The notes under the pieces were generated by a model. The model ran no database searches. It was not told where the DNA came from and worked only from the letters and a program-made list of their open reading frames with translations. From Dehalococcoidia bacterium (GTDB lineage Bacteria > Chloroflexota > Dehalococcoidia > Lucifugimonadales > UBA2962): 64,000 nucleotides of DNA. Below are positions 1 to 8,929 of the stretch, one piece after another. The translations under genes were made by a program, and so were the position numbers. The stretch spans positions 257,611-321,610 of the forward strand of contig DAOUKM010000019.1 in the NCBI GenBank assembly GCA_034421295.1. Reading direction: 5' to 3'. Position 1 is the first letter of the stretch. Each line of letters begins with the position of its first letter.

Positions 1-1
1 A

Positions 2-655
2 AGACAGGCATTGCTGGCCGGGATCAACGCCGAGGACTTCATGTTCTCCCTTGGCCCGCAGGAACTGTGGATCAAGTGCGGCGCGGTCTTCTACTGCGGA
101 ACCCCGCTAGAGGTGGAAACGGGCCTGGAGTTCTACGACCAGGACGATATTCCGAGAGCCCAGGAGTTGCTGGCACAGTCGTCATACGACGGCGAGACGG
201 TCGTCATACTTAATCCGACCGACTACGCCACCATCACCCCGCTGGGCCTTGTCGCACAGCCCATGATGGACGAGATCGGCTTCAACACCGAGATGCCTTC
301 ACTGGACTGGTCATCCGTCACGACTAGGATTGGGGCCACGCAAACCTACAGCATGTTCACCGCCTGGTCTGCGCACTTCGACACCGGCCACCCGATCCTG
401 GACGTCAACTCTTCCGGAACGTTCGACTGGGTGATAAGGGACGAGGAGCTCAACGACCTGCAGCTCTCCTTCGTGAGGGCCACAAGTGCGGCTGAGCAGC
501 TGGAGATCGTCAGGGAAATGCAGCGACAGTACTACATCAAGGTGCCGACCGCCCCGCTCGGGCAGTTCTTCCCGATGGTAGCGGTTACCGCCGCCCTGAA
601 GAACTTTGAGATCAACGCCCTGCCGTTCTACACGAACTCCTGGCTTGAGAGGTAA
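2..655 (+). CDS. ABC-transporter substrate-binding protein, family 5 (peptide/nickel/opine type), C-terminal fragment; 5' end outside window
   Basis: Frame of track ORF 11..655 stays open to the window edge; sequence resembles the C-terminal lobe of SBP_bac_5 proteins; a hairpin terminator follows. Confidence 0.55.
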   Translation, partial: RQALLAGINAEDFMFSLGPQELWIKCGAVFYCGTPLEVETGLEFYDQDDIPRAQELLAQSSYDGETVVILNPTDYATITPLGLVAQPMMDEIGFNTEMPSLDWSSVTTRIGATQTYSMFTAWSAHFDTGHPILDVNSSGTFDWVIRDEELNDLQLSFVRATSAAEQLEIVREMQRQYYIKVPTAPLGQFFPMVAVTAALKNFEINALPFYTNSWLER

Positions 656-697
656 AGCAGCCTCAACTCGCGCCATAAGGTAAGTAGAAGCAGAGTG

Positions 698-742
698 CTG
701 CCCTGTGGCGACCTGAGAGTCGCCACAGGGCAGCCTATTTTC
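698..742 (+). terminator. Rho-independent terminator candidate
   Basis: Perfect 15-bp inverted repeat CTGCCCTGTGGCGAC (698-712) / GTCGCCACAGGGCAG (719-733), 6-nt loop, then CCTATTTTCC. Confidence 0.6.
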
Positions 743-760
743 CGCTAGGCTGGTGTCGCC

Positions 761-2296
761 ATGAGGCCCATCCGGCTCGTTGCGTTCCTTGGAGTCCTGG
801 TGGGCGTATTCGCCGCGGCAGCCTGCTCAGGCGGCGACCCGCCCCCCGGAACAGGCACCGCCGCGTCAGAGTTCAGAGATGAGCCTGTCGCTTCGGACTC
901 TGGTTCGCAGGAGAAAGAGGCCGGACGCCTGATCACCAGGGCCATGCAGCTGCAGGCGGATCGGCAGTACGAGCCGACAGTCAGGATGCTCACCGAGGCG
1001 ATACGACTCGATCCGGAAAACCCCAACGCCTACTACTTCCGCGCCAATGCCCACCGGGCCCTGGGCCAGCTCGCAGAGGCCGTCGAGGACTACTCTCACG
1101 TGGTAGAGCTTGATCCTACCTACCTTGAGGCCTTCATTCGCAGGGCAGCGAGCCGCGGCACCCTGGGCGACCTTGAGGGTGCCGCGCTGGACTTTACGGC
1201 CGCGATAGAACTGGACCCGGCTAATGCGGATCATTATCGCAACCGGGCGCTGGCGCGCTATCGTCAGGGAAACATGGTGGAGGCCATCAAGGATCTGGAT
1301 GCGGCGATCGAACTCGCCCCGAGCATGGCAATGGCCTACAACGACAGGGGCCTGGCCTATGTCCAGACGGGAGACTTCCTGGGGGCCATAGACGAGTACA
1401 CCAAGGCGATCGAACTCGACCCGGGCATGGCGGTGGCGTACGTTAACCGGGGGACCGCCTATCAGGCCCTTACAAACTTCCAGTGGGCGGTAAACGACTT
1501 CGATCAGGCGATCAGGCTGAACCCGAATTTTTCGGCAAACTACAACAACCGTGGAAACGCCTACAGGGGTCTTAAGCGATACGAGGAAGCGCTGGCGGAC
1601 TATGGCCGGGCCATCGCGCTCGATCCGAATAGCTCGGTCGCCTTTTTCAACCGGGCGCTGACGTTTGAGATTCTGGAGCGCTTCGAGGAGGCAATCCGGG
1701 ATTTCGGGACGGCGATCAGGCTGGCCCCCGGCTTTACCGAAGCCTATTTTCGAAGGGCGGGCACCGTCGGCAACCTGGGTGATTTTGGGGCGGCGGTCGC
1801 CGATCTCGATGTCGCCATCAGGCTTGATCCGAATCACGCCGGAGCCTACAGGAGCCGGGCGGCCGCCCGATCCAGGCTAGGCAACGTGGAGGCGGCGGTC
1901 ACGGATCTGGACATCGCCATCAGGCTCGATCCGCGCGGGGTTGATGCCTATAACGACCGGGGAGCCATCCGATTGGAGCTGGGGGATCTAGATGGCGCCC
2001 TTGCCGACCTTGACCGGGCGATCTTGCTGGCACCGGACAATGCGACAGCATTTAGCAATCGGGCCGGGGTTCACATGGCCCTCGGTGACTATCAGGCTGC
2101 GATAGACGATCTGGGCCGGCTGGTTCAACTGAGCCCTGACGATCCCAACACTTACTCTCGTAGGGCGCAGGCGTATACACTTGCCGGTCAATTGGATCTT
2201 GCCCGTAAGGACCTTCAGACGCTCTCGGACCTGGGATTTGACACTACCCAGTTGGAGGAAGCACTCGAGTCTGAGCCGTCGGTCTCCGGCGGATGA
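761..2296 (+). CDS. TPR-repeat lipoprotein
   Basis: Signal peptide MRPIRLVAFLGVLVGVFAAAAC with lipobox Cys; about 13 consecutive 34-aa TPR units (recurring A..Y.NRA.AY..LG....A..D...AI.LDP). Confidence 0.8.
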   Translation: MRPIRLVAFLGVLVGVFAAAACSGGDPPPGTGTAASEFRDEPVASDSGSQEKEAGRLITRAMQLQADRQYEPTVRMLTEAIRLDPENPNAYYFRANAHRALGQLAEAVEDYSHVVELDPTYLEAFIRRAASRGTLGDLEGAALDFTAAIELDPANADHYRNRALARYRQGNMVEAIKDLDAAIELAPSMAMAYNDRGLAYVQTGDFLGAIDEYTKAIELDPGMAVAYVNRGTAYQALTNFQWAVNDFDQAIRLNPNFSANYNNRGNAYRGLKRYEEALADYGRAIALDPNSSVAFFNRALTFEILERFEEAIRDFGTAIRLAPGFTEAYFRRAGTVGNLGDFGAAVADLDVAIRLDPNHAGAYRSRAAARSRLGNVEAAVTDLDIAIRLDPRGVDAYNDRGAIRLELGDLDGALADLDRAILLAPDNATAFSNRAGVHMALGDYQAAIDDLGRLVQLSPDDPNTYSRRAQAYTLAGQLDLARKDLQTLSDLGFDTTQLEEALESEPSVSGG

Positions 2297-2319
2297 ACAC
2301 CCGTTTTGAGGAGGCACTA

Positions 2320-3063
2320 ATGAACAGATTGAGAGTCGCAGCCGCGCTTTCCGCCGTCCTGCTTGTCGCCCTCATGGGGGCGGCGTGTTCCAGCGGATCG
2401 GAAGAGGCGGCTTCGACCGACGAGGTGGTGGAACCTGAGACGGTGGCCGAAGGCTCAGACGATGTGGACGAGTCAGGCGCGGACGGTGGCGTGGTCCGGA
2501 TCGGAGATACCGGCGAGGGTTACCAGTGGATAAACCACGAACTGTTCGGGCTGATAGCGGAGGGCGCTTACGGTCTCTCGGTGGAGATCGTGCCGATCGC
2601 ACCGGATGACCTGCAGCAGGCGCTGACTTCGGGGGAGGTGGATGTCCACCTGGAGGCTCGAACTCCGGAGACGGTGGAGTGGTTTGATGCCGCCGTGGAC
2701 GATGGATCAATCGTAAACCTGGGCACGACATACGAAGCAGAAGAGGGCTTTGAGGTTCAGAAGGGAGCCACCCCGGAGTTTGTTGCCGAGCATGCTGAAG
2801 TCGCCGCCATGCTGGAGAAGATGGACACCAGGGCCGGATCCCTGGCCAAGACGGAAAAGTGGGCGTCGAGACGAGACGGTCTGACCAATCAGGAGGTGGC
2901 GGCCTACTACATGTACACCTTCGATTTTGAGGACCGCATGAAGTCGTGGATGCCGTTTGAGAAGTACAGGACCGCAAAGCTCCACATGGAGACGCTGTAC
3001 CCGGAGTTCAGGCGCTGCACCAACTGTCCGGATCCGGATCCGGACGCGCCGGGTACCCGATGA
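2320..3063 (+). CDS. Secreted lipoprotein, possible OpuAC/ProX-like (glycine-betaine type) substrate-binding fold
   Basis: Track ORF 2293..3063; start moved to ATG 2320 because GAGGAGG (2308-2314) lies 5 nt upstream. Signal peptide MNRLRVAAALSAVLLVALMGAAC. Pattern VVRIGDTGEGYQW..L....YGLSVEIVP......QAL.SGEVDVHLE resembles SBP lobe 1. Function call is weak. Confidence 0.55.
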   Translation: MNRLRVAAALSAVLLVALMGAACSSGSEEAASTDEVVEPETVAEGSDDVDESGADGGVVRIGDTGEGYQWINHELFGLIAEGAYGLSVEIVPIAPDDLQQALTSGEVDVHLEARTPETVEWFDAAVDDGSIVNLGTTYEAEEGFEVQKGATPEFVAEHAEVAAMLEKMDTRAGSLAKTEKWASRRDGLTNQEVAAYYMYTFDFEDRMKSWMPFEKYRTAKLHMETLYPEFRRCTNCPDPDPDAPGTR

Positions 3064-4115
3064 TGTTCGGCCCCACCGGGCAGGTCCAGACGGTACTGGG
3101 CCCGGTGGAACCTTCGACGCTGGGAGTAACCCACACTCACGAGCATCTGCTCTGCGATCAGGTCTGCTACTTCGCGCCGCCTGAAGAGGCCAGCGAGCGC
3201 ATCTGGATAGATGCGGCGTTCACCATGGATCGTCGCGGAGCGGCGCTGTCCAGATTCCCCTACTTCCCCGACAACTACGAGCTTCTAGATGAGAGGGCTG
3301 CCATCAAGGAGGCGATGCGCTTCAGGCATGCGGGCGGCGGCACTCTGGTGGACGTTACCAGCCGCGGCATCGCCAGGGACCCGTTGGCCCTTGCCCGCAT
3401 CTCAAGGGCGACCGGGCTGAACGTGGTGATGGGTGGAGGCTACTACATCCCCCCGTCTTATCCTCTCGGTTTTGACGACGTGACGGAGGACGAAGTCTGC
3501 GAAGGGATTGTTGGCGACATACTGGATGGAGTTGGTCAGACTGGGGTCAGGTCCGGTGTGATCGGCGAACTTGGAAACCTGTGGCCTCCTTCCGATAACG
3601 AGACGAAAGTGTTGCGAGCAGCAGCCCGAGCCCAGGTCCGGACGGGAGCGCCCATCCTCATCCACCCGGGGTTCCATGCAAGTTCCCCGGCACACATCGT
3701 GGGTGTGCTGCTCGATGCGGGTGCCGATCCATCTGGTGTGATCGTTGGCCACCTGGATTTCATACAGTCGATCGAGACCATCGAGTGGCTGGCGGGCACC
3801 GGGTGCTTCATGGAGTGGGACATATTCGGATTCGAGGACTCGAACCTGGCCGCCGGTGCCCCTCCGCCCATCGTGGTACCCACCGACGCTCAACGCATCG
3901 AACGAATTGAGCGCGTGTTTGAACTCGACGGGGGCGACAGGGTGCTTGTGGGACACGATGTCTGCATGAAGTTTCACTACGCTGCCTATGGTGGCAAGTC
4001 CTACGATCACATCCTGTCCAACATAGTGCCGCGTATGAGACGGCGGGGCTTTTCAGAGCAAGATGTCCAGGCCATTCTGGTAGACAATCCGGCGCGTGCC
4101 CTGACCTTCTCATAG
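3060..4115 (+). CDS. Phosphotriesterase-homology protein (Php/PTER family, amidohydrolase fold), paralog 1
   Basis: Metal-ligand motifs in order: LGVTHTHEHLL (HxH), GVIGELGN (Glu at the bridging-ligand position as in E. coli Php), ILIHPG, VIVGHLD, LVGHDVC. ATGA start/stop overlap with the upstream gene. Confidence 0.85.
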   Translation: MMFGPTGQVQTVLGPVEPSTLGVTHTHEHLLCDQVCYFAPPEEASERIWIDAAFTMDRRGAALSRFPYFPDNYELLDERAAIKEAMRFRHAGGGTLVDVTSRGIARDPLALARISRATGLNVVMGGGYYIPPSYPLGFDDVTEDEVCEGIVGDILDGVGQTGVRSGVIGELGNLWPPSDNETKVLRAAARAQVRTGAPILIHPGFHASSPAHIVGVLLDAGADPSGVIVGHLDFIQSIETIEWLAGTGCFMEWDIFGFEDSNLAAGAPPPIVVPTDAQRIERIERVFELDGGDRVLVGHDVCMKFHYAAYGGKSYDHILSNIVPRMRRRGFSEQDVQAILVDNPARALTFS

Positions 4116-4247
4116 TGCAATCGGCAACGGCCGCTCGCATTGTTACGCCGGTCCCCTCCCCGCCCGCGAGGAGATGGCCCGCGCGGCCGATTCGACGCCT
4201 GCCCAGTACGCCCTGAGCCAGATGCCTGCGGCGTGTAGGCTTCCGGT

Positions 4248-4268
4248 CGATAAAATAGGCGGTCTATG
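4248..4268 (+). promoter_or_regulatory. Candidate -10 box (TAAAAT 4251-4256) giving a leaderless or near-leaderless transcript for the 1550-aa gene
   Basis: CGATAAAATAG at 4248-4258, ATG at 4266, only 9 nt after the hexamer, no Shine-Dalgarno. The same 11-mer recurs at 26618-26628 upstream of the SLC13 gene. Confidence 0.35.
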
Positions 4269-7200
4269 GGTCCAGAGGCGGTCGCGGACGCACATAAGGT
4301 AGAGGGGCGGCCGTCGCGCATGCGGCGGCGGTGGGTCCGAATAGCGGCGCTCCTGCTGGTCGTCGGACTGGCTCTGGCTCTGCGCATGTACGGTCTGGAT
4401 TGGGACCGTGAGATGCCCTTTACCCCCCACCCGGACGAGCGGGCCATCCTCTTCAGCGTTGCCGAGATTTCGCCTCCGGCCCTCCACGACCTGGGTTCCC
4501 TCTTGGACGCCGACGAGAGCAGCTGGAACCCGAGGTGGTTTCCCTACGGCTCCTTACCCCTGTACCTGCTCAGGGGTGTGCAGTTGGTCTCGGAGGCGGT
4601 CGGTAAGGACATAGTCGACCTCAGGGTGACCGGCCGGGCGATCTCGGGAATAGCCGACGTGGTAACCGTGCTTACCGTCTACCTGCTCGGATCCCGGCTG
4701 TACGGTCGGCGCGTCGGGATACTTGCGGCTGGACTGTTATCCGTGGCCGTGCTGCACATCCAGCTCAGCCACTTTTTTGCCGTCGACACACTGCAGGCGA
4801 TGTTCGCCGTCGTAGCCCTCCTCTTCCTGTACAGGGTGGCCCGCTACGGAGGGATGGGCAATTCGGCTCTCGCTGGGCTCTTTATCGGACTTGGATTGGC
4901 GACAAAGGCGAGCCAGCTGCCTATCTTCTTGGCCTTCGGAGTCGCACAGCTGATGTACCTGTTCGACCTGGCGGGGTCGAGCCGTAGCTCGAACGAGAGC
5001 TTCCGAACACGGCTGCTATCGGTCGCATTGTCATCGACCATTGGGCTGCTGGTTGCATTTGTCGCTTTCTTCGTGACCCAGCCGTATGCGCTGCTCGATT
5101 GGTCACGGTACAGGGCGGACTTTACCGAACAGTCGGAGATGGTCAGGCGAATCCGCGACTATCCATACACCCGGCAGTACGAGGACACCGTTCCCTACTG
5201 GTACTTCATCCGGCAGAACATCACTTGGGGCATGGGTGCGCCGCTGGGCATCCTCGCCTGGGGAGGGGCCCTTTTCGCAGCGGTGCGCGGCCTTGCCTTG
5301 CGGCCTGCGGTCGCCTATCTGGCACTCGGCCTGGTGCTCCCGGCGCTGATCTTGGTCTTTTTCAATTCCGCGGTCGCGGTCGCTGTTGCGGCCGCCATCG
5401 CCACGATCGCCCTGGTGTCGACGCTGCCGGTGCGCAGGGCGGACACGCGCGTCGGCGTACTGCTCTTGTCCTGGGTTGTTCCCTACTTCCTGATCACCGG
5501 TTCGTTCGAGGTCAAGTTCATGCGCTACATGATCCCGATCACGCCGGTGCTCGTGCTCTTCGGGTCATGGCTTGCCCTGTCCATCTGGCGGGAGGGATCG
5601 GGCAGGCTCCAGCGATTCAAAGGGGGTCGGTACCTGCGAGCAGGACGCTGGGTCATGATCGCCGCAGCCATCTTCCTGGTCGGCTCGACCGGCTTTTATG
5701 CGATTTCGTACATGTTCGTGTATTCCGGAACCCATACGGCCGTCAGGGCCTCGGAGTGGATAAATGCCAACGTCCGGCCGGTGAGCGTGGTGCTAAAGGA
5801 ACACTGGGAGGAGGGGCTGCCCGGACTACATTCCTACAGGGTGCGGGAACTGCCGATGTACGAACCGGACGGACAGGCCAAGCTCAAGGCGCTATCCGAG
5901 GAGCTGTCTGCGGCAGAGGCTCTGGTTTTCTACTCGAACAGGCTATACGGCACCCTGCCGAGGTTGCCCGAGCGATATCCGCTGAGCGCCGCCTACTATG
6001 ATCTCCTGTTCTCCGGAAGGCTGGGGTACGAGCTTGTGGAATACGAGGCTACCTACCCTTCGTTCCTCGGGGTCACCTTCGTGCACGACACCTTCAGACG
6101 GCCCGGGCTGCCGGAACCGGGACCGCTTGGAGAATTCCGGCCCTCTCCGATATCCCTTGACCTAGGTCACGCGGACGAGAGTTTCTCCGTCTACGATCAC
6201 CCAACGGTAATGGTGTTTCGCAACGAGGAGCGGTACGACGCGAACACCATCCGCAAGGTCATCTCTTCCGAGGTTTCCGCCAGGATCGCCCAGGCGACAA
6301 GGTCACGCGGCCCCGTTCTATCCCCGAGCGAGTTTGAGATCCAGCGAGAGGGCGGTACGTGGACCGATGTCTTCGCCATCGATCGGTGGACCTCGCGGGT
6401 TCCCATCCTTTCGTGGCTGCTGCTCGTCCAGGGCCTGGCCCTGCTGGCCCTTCCCCTGACCCTCTGGCTGATGCGGCCGCTGGCCGATCGTGGGTACATG
6501 TTCTCCAAGGCGATCGGCATCTTGCTTGTCGCAGTGCTGGTGTGGCTGCTGGCCAGTCTGCAGTGGGTCTCCTTCTCGCCGCGCGCCATAGCACTTGCGG
6601 CCTTACTACTCGCCGCCGCGTCGGTGATCGTGTTGATCTATCGGCGTGAGGACATCCTCGAGTTCTTGAGACGTAGATGGTCGGTCCTGGTCATAGGGGA
6701 GGTGGTCTTTCTCGCCGCGTTCTTTGCGTTCGTCGGGCTGCGCATGGCCAATCCCGACCTGTGGCACCCGTTCCGTGGTGGCGAGAAACCGATGGATCTC
6801 GCCTATCTGAATGCGGTCACGCGCTCGACGATCATGCCTCCCCTCGATCCGTGGTTTGCCGGAGGATTCATCAACTACTATTACTTCGGCCAGTTCATAA
6901 CGGGCACGCTGATAAAGGCCACCGGCATTGATGTGCGGGTGGCCTACAATTTGGCCGTACCTCTGTTTTTTGCGCTGACAGCTGGCGGCGCATTCAGCCT
7001 GGTCTTCAACCTGGCCCAGGCGTGCAGGGGAAGGTCAATACTCCGCCGCCCCGGTCACGGCGAGACCGAGCCCGGTTTCGCGTCGCCGGCAGGTGGCTCG
7101 GTCCTTCGTCGACTGTGGTCAGGTCGGCTGGGTGGCTCCCTGAAGCCCCATGACTTGGGACCGGTGTGGGCCGGGCTTACGGCCGTCGCTTTCGTTGCGG

Positions 7201-8918
7201 TGCTGGGCAATCTGGACGGGGCCATTCAGGTCGGTGAAGGTCTGGCAAACGTCGCGCGCGGGTTGTCTTTCGGTGAGTTTGATTTCTGGCGGTCTAGCCG
7301 GATGATGCCGCCGGACCCGCCCGGTTTTGAAATAACCGAATTCCCTTTCTTTACGTTCCTCTTCGCTGATCTTCACGCCCACCTGATGGCCGTACCGTTT
7401 ACGCTCCTGGCTCTCGGCCTGTCACTCTCGGTCGTGTTGAGAAGGTCGGGGTCGTCTCTATCTTGGGTATTGCTGCTGGCGGTTCTGGGCCTGGCGGTCG
7501 GGGTGCTGAGGTTGATAAACACGTGGGACTATCCCACCTATCTTGTTCTGGCCATCGCCGCTGTCTTGTTGGCCGGATACTTCCGCCATGGAGGACTCGG
7601 CCTGTCGATGCTGCTGCGCCCTGCGCTTGAGGCTGCATTCGTCTTTCTCGTAGGGTATCTGGTCTTCCTGCCCTTCCACCTGCGCTACGAGACCTTCTTC
7701 TCTAGTCTGGAGAAGACCACCAACACGACCGTGTTATGGCAGTTCCTCGCCGTCAGCGGCCTGTCGGTGTTCATACTCGGGAGCTTTTACGCCAGGGAGG
7801 GCTGGGCGGTTTACGGTGGCCGACTCCGGCGGCTGGTGATGCCGGTCGGGACGCCGCTTTCTCCGGGCCGAGTCCGTCCCGCTGCCGTGGCCGTCGCGAC
7901 GGTGTTGGCCCTTGCTGCACTGGTCTATGGACTGGTCGAGGTGGCAGGCAGCACAGTGCCTTTCGTGCTGGTTATGCTCATCGCGGTCACGGTAGTAGGT
8001 GTGGCCAGAGCCGTCTCGTTCGGTCGCACCGCGCGCGTGGACGCCTATGTCGCCGCCGTGATCGGACTATCGCTGCTGCTGGTACTGGGAGTTGATTTCC
8101 TTCGCGTCGAAGGCGATATCGACCGCATGAATACGCTCTTTAAGACGTATCTGCAGGTGTGGGTGCTGATGGGTGTCGGATCGGCCTACGCCCTCTGGCG
8201 GCTCTTGTCGCCGGGTGAGCAGGACCTCCAGGCACGGTGGGCGAACTTGGCCGAGCGCCGCCGGCGTGGCGGGTTGGAGGAGGGAGAGGTCAGGACGCGA
8301 CCTTCAATCGTTCGGGTCCTTGTAGTGGGCAGGAGTGTCTGGATCCTGGTGCTGGCGCTGCTGGTCGCGGCAGCCGCCATCTACACGGTCATGGGAACGC
8401 AGGATCGGCTGCGCGACAGGTTCCAGCCGGATGGCCAGCCTTTGACCCTGGATGGAATGGCCTACATGAGGGGAGCCACGTTCACTGACGAGATGGGCCC
8501 GGTACATCTCGTCCACGACTACGAGGCGATAACCTGGATACAGCGCAACATTGAGGGTACACCGGTCATCGTCGAGGCCAGCACACCGATTTACCGCTGG
8601 GGAGGGCGCGTCTCCATCTACACAGGCCTGCCCAGTGTTGTCGGATGGCAGTGGCATCAGGAACAGCAGCGGTGGGACTACCGGCAGGACGTGGCCCACC
8701 GCGTCTATCAGGTCAACACGCTGTACGAGACCGAAGATCCGGCCAGGGCCCTCTCGGTGATTGAGCGCTATGACGTGGACTACGTGTACGTCGGCGAACT
8801 GGAGAGACGTTACTATCCTGAGGCTGGGATAGCGAAGTTCGAAGGCGCGCTACGCCCGTTCCTGGAACCGGTCTATGCGAACCAGGAGGTCACCTTGTAC
8901 AGGGTCGTCGGTCGCTAG
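4266..8918 (+). CDS. Giant polytopic membrane protein: GT-C-like (PMT_2/ArnT-like) N-terminal half fused to a DUF2298 / Chlor_Arch_YYY C-terminal half
   Basis: 1550 aa with many TM segments. N-terminal half has a first-loop PHPDER motif typical of GT-C glycosyltransferases. Second half has GEKPMDLAYLNAVTRS...DPWFAGGFINYYYFGQ (YYY codons 6876-6884), the hallmark of TIGR03662/DUF2298. Alternative start at 4320. Confidence 0.75.
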   Translation: MGPEAVADAHKVEGRPSRMRRRWVRIAALLLVVGLALALRMYGLDWDREMPFTPHPDERAILFSVAEISPPALHDLGSLLDADESSWNPRWFPYGSLPLYLLRGVQLVSEAVGKDIVDLRVTGRAISGIADVVTVLTVYLLGSRLYGRRVGILAAGLLSVAVLHIQLSHFFAVDTLQAMFAVVALLFLYRVARYGGMGNSALAGLFIGLGLATKASQLPIFLAFGVAQLMYLFDLAGSSRSSNESFRTRLLSVALSSTIGLLVAFVAFFVTQPYALLDWSRYRADFTEQSEMVRRIRDYPYTRQYEDTVPYWYFIRQNITWGMGAPLGILAWGGALFAAVRGLALRPAVAYLALGLVLPALILVFFNSAVAVAVAAAIATIALVSTLPVRRADTRVGVLLLSWVVPYFLITGSFEVKFMRYMIPITPVLVLFGSWLALSIWREGSGRLQRFKGGRYLRAGRWVMIAAAIFLVGSTGFYAISYMFVYSGTHTAVRASEWINANVRPVSVVLKEHWEEGLPGLHSYRVRELPMYEPDGQAKLKALSEELSAAEALVFYSNRLYGTLPRLPERYPLSAAYYDLLFSGRLGYELVEYEATYPSFLGVTFVHDTFRRPGLPEPGPLGEFRPSPISLDLGHADESFSVYDHPTVMVFRNEERYDANTIRKVISSEVSARIAQATRSRGPVLSPSEFEIQREGGTWTDVFAIDRWTSRVPILSWLLLVQGLALLALPLTLWLMRPLADRGYMFSKAIGILLVAVLVWLLASLQWVSFSPRAIALAALLLAAASVIVLIYRREDILEFLRRRWSVLVIGEVVFLAAFFAFVGLRMANPDLWHPFRGGEKPMDLAYLNAVTRSTIMPPLDPWFAGGFINYYYFGQFITGTLIKATGIDVRVAYNLAVPLFFALTAGGAFSLVFNLAQACRGRSILRRPGHGETEPGFASPAGGSVLRRLWSGRLGGSLKPHDLGPVWAGLTAVAFVAVLGNLDGAIQVGEGLANVARGLSFGEFDFWRSSRMMPPDPPGFEITEFPFFTFLFADLHAHLMAVPFTLLALGLSLSVVLRRSGSSLSWVLLLAVLGLAVGVLRLINTWDYPTYLVLAIAAVLLAGYFRHGGLGLSMLLRPALEAAFVFLVGYLVFLPFHLRYETFFSSLEKTTNTTVLWQFLAVSGLSVFILGSFYAREGWAVYGGRLRRLVMPVGTPLSPGRVRPAAVAVATVLALAALVYGLVEVAGSTVPFVLVMLIAVTVVGVARAVSFGRTARVDAYVAAVIGLSLLLVLGVDFLRVEGDIDRMNTLFKTYLQVWVLMGVGSAYALWRLLSPGEQDLQARWANLAERRRRGGLEEGEVRTRPSIVRVLVVGRSVWILVLALLVAAAAIYTVMGTQDRLRDRFQPDGQPLTLDGMAYMRGATFTDEMGPVHLVHDYEAITWIQRNIEGTPVIVEASTPIYRWGGRVSIYTGLPSVVGWQWHQEQQRWDYRQDVAHRVYQVNTLYETEDPARALSVIERYDVDYVYVGELERRYYPEAGIAKFEGALRPFLEPVYANQEVTLYRVVGR

Positions 8919-8929
8919 CTCCAGCTAGC
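8914..8929. other. Hairpin GCTAGC-TCCA-GCTAGC containing the stop codons of both convergent genes
   Basis: TAG 8916-8918 (+ gene) and CTA 8925-8927 (complement TAG, - gene) sit in the two arms of a 6-bp/4-nt-loop inverted repeat. Confidence 0.5.

Noticed and set aside
866-1837. 323-aa ORF on the minus strand opposite the TPR lipoprotein gene
   Set aside because: Antisense shadow ORF typical of GC-rich DNA. It has Arg/Gly/Pro-rich low-complexity translation and no motif, and is fully covered by a well-supported TPR CDS.
761-2296. Periodic DNA repeats (TPR gene here; Kelch genes at 47383-48675 and 52983-54173) as possible CRISPR or tandem-repeat arrays
   Set aside because: The periodicity is about 102 nt (TPR) or about 150 nt (Kelch) and degenerate at the DNA level. 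It lies in a continuous reading frame and corresponds to protein repeats, with no identical short direct repeats separated by unique spacers.
3821-3850. tRNA-like strings GGATTCGA and CTCGAACC
   Set aside because: They lie inside Php/PTER paralog 1 in a well-conserved coding frame. No cloverleaf (acceptor/anticodon stems) could be built around them. No other tRNA-like T-arm was seen in the window.
5099-6001. 300-aa plus-strand ORF in an alternative frame inside the 1550-aa membrane gene
   Set aside because: The translation is Gly/Arg/Ala-rich without TM segments, whereas the annotated frame gives a continuous polytopic membrane protein with family motifs.
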